From: a virus
IMG/VR virus record: IMGVR_UViG_3300037484_000473
Coordinates: 1 to 35,087 of that record
Strand: one strand, 5' to 3'
DNA: 35,087 bases
Each line of letters starts with the position of its first letter. The stretch's first letter is position 1. The notes under the pieces are model-generated. The model was given only the letters and a program-made list of their open reading frames with translations. It did no database searches and was not told the origin of the DNA. Position numbers and translations under genes: made by a program. This document shows positions 30,949 through 35,087 of this stretch, one piece after another.

Positions 30949-31326
30949 TTAGGCGGGTTGGGTATGGGTCCAGCTGGTGATTGAGATGACCTGACCAAAC
31001 GCTATCGACGTAGAGTCCACAATCATATCGGCACCGGAACCAGCGATCCCGATGGTCCCTTGCCACATTTTGACACCGTCATGGTCATACACTGAGTACG
31101 TAGTCAGTGTCCCCGCATTCAAGGCTTGCCCCGTGAGAGGTAGAGTGCTTGCTGTGGCTATGCCGGTAGAGGACGCCCCAAAAGCAGGGTTTGGTAGATC
31201 TATTGTTATCGGAGGAGAGACACCGGACAGCAATATTGCTGCTGGTTGTGCCGATCCAACATCGACTAGGTCAACAACAGCATTGCAGGCAGCATTTCGG
31301 GCAGCTGTGGTGAGAATAAGACCCAT
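30949..31326 (-). CDS. 125-aa fibre-module protein, paralogue A
   Basis: This is a tandem duplicate of 30553..30939. Confidence 0.7.
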   Translation of the reverse strand: MGLILTTAARNAACNAVVDLVDVGSAQPAAILLSGVSPPITIDLPNPAFGASSTGIATASTLPLTGQALNAGTLTTYSVYDHDGVKMWQGTIGIAGSGADMIVDSTSIAFGQVISITSWTHTQPA

Positions 31327-31328
31327 GA

Positions 31329-31475
31329 TTACTTCCCTCCGTCGAAGGGCTTTGGTTGCACTTCGTGGATTTGAGCAGTGATAGGTGGCAGCTTCCTCCC
31401 GTCACGAAGGTGTAGAGGCTTGAGCATCTCTGCTGCAGCCTCAGGGTAGAGCCTGTTGAGTTCTTCTTGGGTCAC
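31329..31475 (-). CDS. 48-aa hypothetical peptide (GTG start)
   Basis: It has a GTGA overlap with the upstream stop. The longer track ORF 31329..31568 would overlap the upstream gene by 97 nt. Confidence 0.3.
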   Translation of the reverse strand: MTQEELNRLYPEAAAEMLKPLHLRDGRKLPPITAQIHEVQPKPFDGGK

Positions 31476-31849
31476 GGTATTAGCCCCGCTAGCTGCCACA
31501 CAATGACAGCGGCTGATGCTGCAAGTGCGATGATTACCACTGGCCATGCCGGGCCACGGAATCGCCAATCCTTGGGGCCCTTCACTTCAACCGTATCCGG
31601 TGGTGTTGAGGGCTGCGAAGCCGAGGATACCTTGAGTCCACGGTCCACCAAGAGCCTCCGCACCTCGTGGATGGTCATCTCTTGATTGGCCTCAATACGT
31701 GCCATTTGCTCACGCATTAGGCCCATGTCCACAGCTAGAGCCTGTAAGCCCTCGCAAAGAAAAGGGCTTGGACACCTACTGGGTGGGAGGGTGTCCCCCT
31801 GGTCAATGTCATGGAGCGTGGCTCCATTGATCCCGTTAGAGCCGGGCAT
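31472..31849 (-). CDS. 125-aa protein with a central helical region and a C-terminal TM anchor (AWPVVIIALAASAAVIVWQLAGLIP)
   Basis: The ATG at 31849 makes a TAATG overlap with the upstream stop. Confidence 0.55.
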   Translation of the reverse strand: MPGSNGINGATLHDIDQGDTLPPSRCPSPFLCEGLQALAVDMGLMREQMARIEANQEMTIHEVRRLLVDRGLKVSSASQPSTPPDTVEVKGPKDWRFRGPAWPVVIIALAASAAVIVWQLAGLIP

Positions 31850-32532
31850 TAGATTGCTCCGAGGAGAGTGAACCGCTTGCACCACCATTCGGCAGTGCAA
31901 GAGCAAGCCACCCCGGTTGGCCTCGTTGCTTTGATCTCGAAACCACCCGTAGAAGGTGCGACCGTCATCGTCGCACCTGATAGCCCTGCAGGTAGACGTG
32001 TGAGATCCCTCGCAAGGGTGCCCTTAAGGGTAACCGTAGCCACCGATGTGGGGCTGGTAGCGATGTACAGATCCGTATTGAAGTCCATCGAGCCAACATT
32101 GGTTGGATCGGCCGTCTGCCAGATCACTACCGTGGTCTTCAGGGTGGCGTGGTAGCGGGAGCTAGCTGCTAACCCACTGATGAGAGAGCCATAGAGCACC
32201 GTCTCAGCGTTGGTCGGTAGCGTGATACCTTCGGCATACTCACCGAAGTAGGCTCGCATGATCCCATTCGTAATGTCGAACCCCGAATAGACGGTCATAC
32301 CTTTGATTGCATACTTGGCTCCGCCCCACGTCTGAACCACTACGCCGTCGGGCTGCCAGGCCACGGGAGTAAGCGAGCCACTTGAGGTGATCGCGTTGTT
32401 GGCGGCATCGTCAACGGGCACGGCCACGTAGCAATAGTTCTCCGACTCGACCCAAACCTTGGTTCCGATGGGGGCATTGAGGGTGGCTAGCTCGGTGGTG
32501 GATGGGATTCTGTTGTCGGCTGGGACGTTCAT
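31849..32532 (-). CDS. 227-aa hypothetical structural protein
   Basis: ORF in the late operon with no recognisable motif. Confidence 0.65.
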   Translation of the reverse strand: MNVPADNRIPSTTELATLNAPIGTKVWVESENYCYVAVPVDDAANNAITSSGSLTPVAWQPDGVVVQTWGGAKYAIKGMTVYSGFDITNGIMRAYFGEYAEGITLPTNAETVLYGSLISGLAASSRYHATLKTTVVIWQTADPTNVGSMDFNTDLYIATSPTSVATVTLKGTLARDLTRLPAGLSGATMTVAPSTGGFEIKATRPTGVACSCTAEWWCKRFTLLGAI

Positions 32533-32574
32533 GATTTACCTCAAAAGGAAGGGTTAGAAGGGACTAAGAGGCCC

Positions 32575-32871
32575 TTACCAAAGAACCGATACGCCTTGAG
32601 CCGTTGACGTGGCCGCTAGTGAAGTCGCTTGGATCTCGTGAATACCAACGGGTAGGGTCAATGTCTGACTGTTGCCGTCCAGGTCAGTGAGGACCAGGGT
32701 TCCAGCAGTGCCGATGGTGATCTTACGACATGCCAGAGCGAACCCATGGTTGGTGTCGTCACCTGGGGCAGCCGCTAGAATGTCGTAAAGGGCCGGGGTG
32801 GTGGTCCAAGCTGAGCGGTAGTAGCGGCTTGAACCAGTGTTCTTGTTTTCTCTTCCAATACGGTTTGCCAT
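32575..32871 (-). CDS. 98-aa small beta-rich virion-module protein
   Basis: ORF in the late operon. It shows the pattern KITIGTAGTLVLTDLDGNSQTLTLPVGIHEIQATSLAATSTA. Confidence 0.6.
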   Translation of the reverse strand: MANRIGRENKNTGSSRYYRSAWTTTPALYDILAAAPGDDTNHGFALACRKITIGTAGTLVLTDLDGNSQTLTLPVGIHEIQATSLAATSTAQGVSVLW

Positions 32872-32885
32872 AAGTCATCAATCCT

Positions 32886-35087
32886 CTATGCAGAAGGCCA
32901 GTTTTCCTGGGGCAATTTGGCCGAAGCCACTAGGTTGGGAGCCTTGCGGCTCTTCGGTGCCGTAGGTGCTTTCGGTTGCTTGAGTTGAAGCTGGGTGATC
33001 CGATCTGAAACTTTCGGACTGAACGCAGGCTCGCCAGCACCACCGAGGTCAAGGAGAAGATCGAGTTGTTGCCGAGTGTTGATCGGGATGCGTCCACCCC
33101 TCTTGGCTACTTCGATGATTGCGTCTTGAACACTCGCTCGAATGGCTTGGTACGTCTCATGGTGTACAACCTTGAGGGCTTCTATTTGGTCGGGCGTAGC
33201 GATCCCCCGTTGAAGGTCCTCTAGGACGGTCATGGGCCGCTCTACTGCTGCCCATATACGGGCAAACCGAGCCATTTCAACCTTTGAAACCACGCTCTTG
33301 CGACCGGGCATCAACTCGGTTGGATCTAGAGTTCCGGACGGTGCCTTCGAAGCCAGGAACTGGATGGCGTTGGAAGTCTTTTCTACCAAGGCGCCAGCAA
33401 GTCCTGGGTTGATGTTCGATAGCCCGCCAGTGACCTTGGCGACATTGTCAATGAGGCTGTCAGGGTCTTGTTGAGCCCGGATCAACTGGTTTGACCTTCT
33501 CTCATAGGCTGACTCAAGGTCCTTATCGCGGCCCATGAACAACGAGACCGAGGCTGGTACGGCAACCTTCTGGACGGTCTTGGCTACTGGTTCTACTGCC
33601 TTGGCAACCTTGGCGGCTTTCTCAGCGATGCCGAAGCCAGCCGAGGATTTGACCCAATTGCCCGCCTTTCCAGACATCTTGACACCAAGGCGATTGGCTA
33701 GGCTTGAGATCTGATCTGCTGCTGCAATGGCTGAACCCGGCTTTGCCAGCATTCCGAAGGCACCCATGACGGCACCCATGGGGCCAGCCTGGATGGCACC
33801 CGTGACCGCACCAATGGAACGTCCGATGATTCCGCCACCAAGAGGGCTTGCCAAGGAAGAGACGTCCTTCTCGGCCTTCATGACGTCATCGATCCGATTG
33901 GCTATCGATATCGTCTTGTCAATCTTCTGGAGTTCCGATTGAACCTGCTTGTACGCCTTGCGGGCCGTCTCTAGGTGGACTCGCTGTGCCTCGTCTAGTG
34001 GGTGGTATTCCGCTATCGTGTCAATCAGGTCCTGGGCCGCACTGATATGGTTTCTTACGGCCTCTTGGGCGGTCTGACCTCGCGAGGTTCCGATCCCCTC
34101 AATCCAGGATTGGACCTTCGAAGTGTCGGGCGAATAGCGTACCCTTCCGTCAGCCCATTCCGTATGTCCCGTAGAGGCATTGATGTTCTTGGCGTAGGCG
34201 TCACCCTCATCAAGGAATGGCTTCCAACGGCGGTTGATTTCACGTTGAGACTCGCCGGCACGGCCCCAAAGCTTCGTATCTTCGAGGGATACCCGCAAAG
34301 GCTCCTGGAGGGACTGCTCCATCTTTTGGTTGAGTTCCCTGGCAACCTCAATGACGGAACCATCGGTGCTTCTCTGGGCGGTATTCTTGAAGGCGGTTTG
34401 AACCCTTTGGGCCTCACGCTTGATCTCATCCCCTACGATGAAGACGTCGGCTGCATCCCGATGTTCCCCACCCTTGAGGGTATCGAGCTTGTTGTTGACG
34501 TAGTGGACGAACCGGCCCATCCGCTTCTGAATTGAGGCTAGTCCAGGATCGTCCTTAGGTATGGATTCAAGAATGTCGTTGGCCGTGGTCATTGCTGACC
34601 GGAGCTGAGACGTACCCGTACGGACAGCTTCTACTTGGTCAACACCGGCTAACATTGGTTCAATGCCGGCTCGCTTTGCGGGCATTTGCCGGACATTGAC
34701 CGAGATTGAATCGATAGCCTCGTCTAGCTTGTCGAGGGCCTCCGTCATCTTTGGGACGGCTGCCTCAACGTTGGCTTGGCGATTCTTCCAGAGGCTTCTT
34801 GCCTCTACTGCGGCCTCACCCATGTTGTGGGCGCCGGCTTGTTGGAGCGTCACGTAGTCAGCACCCGTGAGATTCGATTGGATCCTTGCCAAAGGGTCTT
34901 CGGATGCCCCCATAGCGGCCTTCCCTGCACCTTCCGGAGCTACTACTCCCGGAGGTGGGGCTATCTCGTCAGCCTTGGCAACGAGCTTCCTGAAGGCTGA
35001 TCCAGCCGCACTGAAGCCAACGCCCAACCCACCACCGAGAAGGGCACCAAAGCCGATCCCCTGTAGTAGTTGCTCGGCGGTAGCCCC
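32886..35087 (-). CDS. C-terminal part of the junction-spanning 954-aa virion/ejection-like protein (34961..35087 duplicates 1..127)
   Basis: The frame is open to the right edge of the window. The track start at 35027 is an internal TTG. The protein has Gly/Ala-rich hydrophobic segments (IIGRSIGAVTGAIQAGPMGAVMGAFGMLA). Confidence 0.8.
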   Translation of the reverse strand, partial: GATAEQLLQGIGFGALLGGGLGVGFSAAGSAFRKLVAKADEIAPPPGVVAPEGAGKAAMGASEDPLARIQSNLTGADYVTLQQAGAHNMGEAAVEARSLWKNRQANVEAAVPKMTEALDKLDEAIDSISVNVRQMPAKRAGIEPMLAGVDQVEAVRTGTSQLRSAMTTANDILESIPKDDPGLASIQKRMGRFVHYVNNKLDTLKGGEHRDAADVFIVGDEIKREAQRVQTAFKNTAQRSTDGSVIEVARELNQKMEQSLQEPLRVSLEDTKLWGRAGESQREINRRWKPFLDEGDAYAKNINASTGHTEWADGRVRYSPDTSKVQSWIEGIGTSRGQTAQEAVRNHISAAQDLIDTIAEYHPLDEAQRVHLETARKAYKQVQSELQKIDKTISIANRIDDVMKAEKDVSSLASPLGGGIIGRSIGAVTGAIQAGPMGAVMGAFGMLAKPGSAIAAADQISSLANRLGVKMSGKAGNWVKSSAGFGIAEKAAKVAKAVEPVAKTVQKVAVPASVSLFMGRDKDLESAYERRSNQLIRAQQDPDSLIDNVAKVTGGLSNINPGLAGALVEKTSNAIQFLASKAPSGTLDPTELMPGRKSVVSKVEMARFARIWAAVERPMTVLEDLQRGIATPDQIEALKVVHHETYQAIRASVQDAIIEVAKRGGRIPINTRQQLDLLLDLGGAGEPAFSPKVSDRITQLQLKQPKAPTAPKSRKAPNLVASAKLPQENWPSA
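34961..35087. repeat. Terminal direct repeat copy 2 (identical to 1..127)
   Basis: Base-by-base comparison shows 127/127 identity with bases 1..127. Confidence 0.95.

Larger units (their letters stand above)
1..34960. mobile_element. Complete, circularly closed temperate dsDNA phage genome (P22-like podovirus gene order); unique length 34,960 bp
   Basis: There is an exact 127-bp overlap of the window ends. A full terminase/portal/scaffold/coat/tail module, a DnaB-type replication module and a tyrosine integrase are present. No host-like flanking genes are seen. Confidence 0.8.

Noticed and set aside
30553-31326. The paralogue pair could be the template/variable repeats of a diversity-generating retroelement.
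   Set aside because: No reverse-transcriptase-like ORF (no YxDD motif) occurs anywhere in the genome. The nucleotide differences between the copies involve all bases and include indels, not adenine-specific substitutions.
32886-35087. The 954-aa Gly/Ala-rich protein could be a tape measure protein, implying a siphovirus.
   Set aside because: There is no major tail, tail-chaperone (frameshift pair) or distal-tail genes around it. The overall order terS-terL-portal-scaffold-coat-adaptor-hub-needle-ejection proteins matches P22-like podoviruses. The tape-measure reading remains unproven but is less likely.

Overview
The window is a self-overlapping assembly of one replicon. Bases 1-127 are identical to 34961-35087, so the unique sequence is a 34,960-bp circle (or a circularly permuted or terminally redundant linear genome). 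The content is a temperate dsDNA phage with P22-like podovirus gene order; no tail tube, sheath or tape-measure set is recognisable. Almost all genes are on the minus strand and tightly coupled, with one-base TAATG stop/start overlaps at 790, 4440, 8232, 12086, 21661, 28663 and 31849, plus several ATGA/GTGA overlaps.

(i) A late unit of about 25 kb runs leftward from about 17690. In order it encodes three small coupled ORFs, a 170-aa ORF, an HTH small-terminase candidate, TerL (clear Walker A/B), portal, scaffold and a P22-like coat. These are followed by small completion proteins, a 1137-aa tail protein, and a Q/A-rich 577-aa needle/fibre-like protein ending in a peptidase-S74 intramolecular chaperone. 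Next come two large ejection-protein-like proteins; the second, 954 aa, spans the circular junction and is absent from the ORF track. The unit ends with a fibre module (two tandem paralogues, a glycine-rich 402-aa fibre-like protein, small beta-rich proteins) and a sigma-70 region-4-like HTH protein.

(ii) An early unit runs leftward from 24341 and encodes an excisionase-family HTH protein, small ORFs, a zinc-ribbon protein and a DnaB-family helicase.

(iii) The plus strand carries lysogeny and accessory genes. These are an HTH ORF plus tyrosine integrase (24739-26102), a repeat-rich att-like region, and a cassette encoding a signal-peptide six-cysteine mini-protein, a 41-aa membrane peptide and an RHH protein.

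(iv) An accessory island at 18456-19865 includes a DUF4145-like zinc-ribbon protein.

The most unusual non-coding feature is the gene-free hub 17691-18455. It holds a 10-bp-phased G-tract array and at least seven perfect inverted repeats.

No rRNA, tRNA, CRISPR array, transposase or reverse transcriptase was recognised. All functional calls come from motif recognition and synteny by eye; no database search or folding computation was possible.
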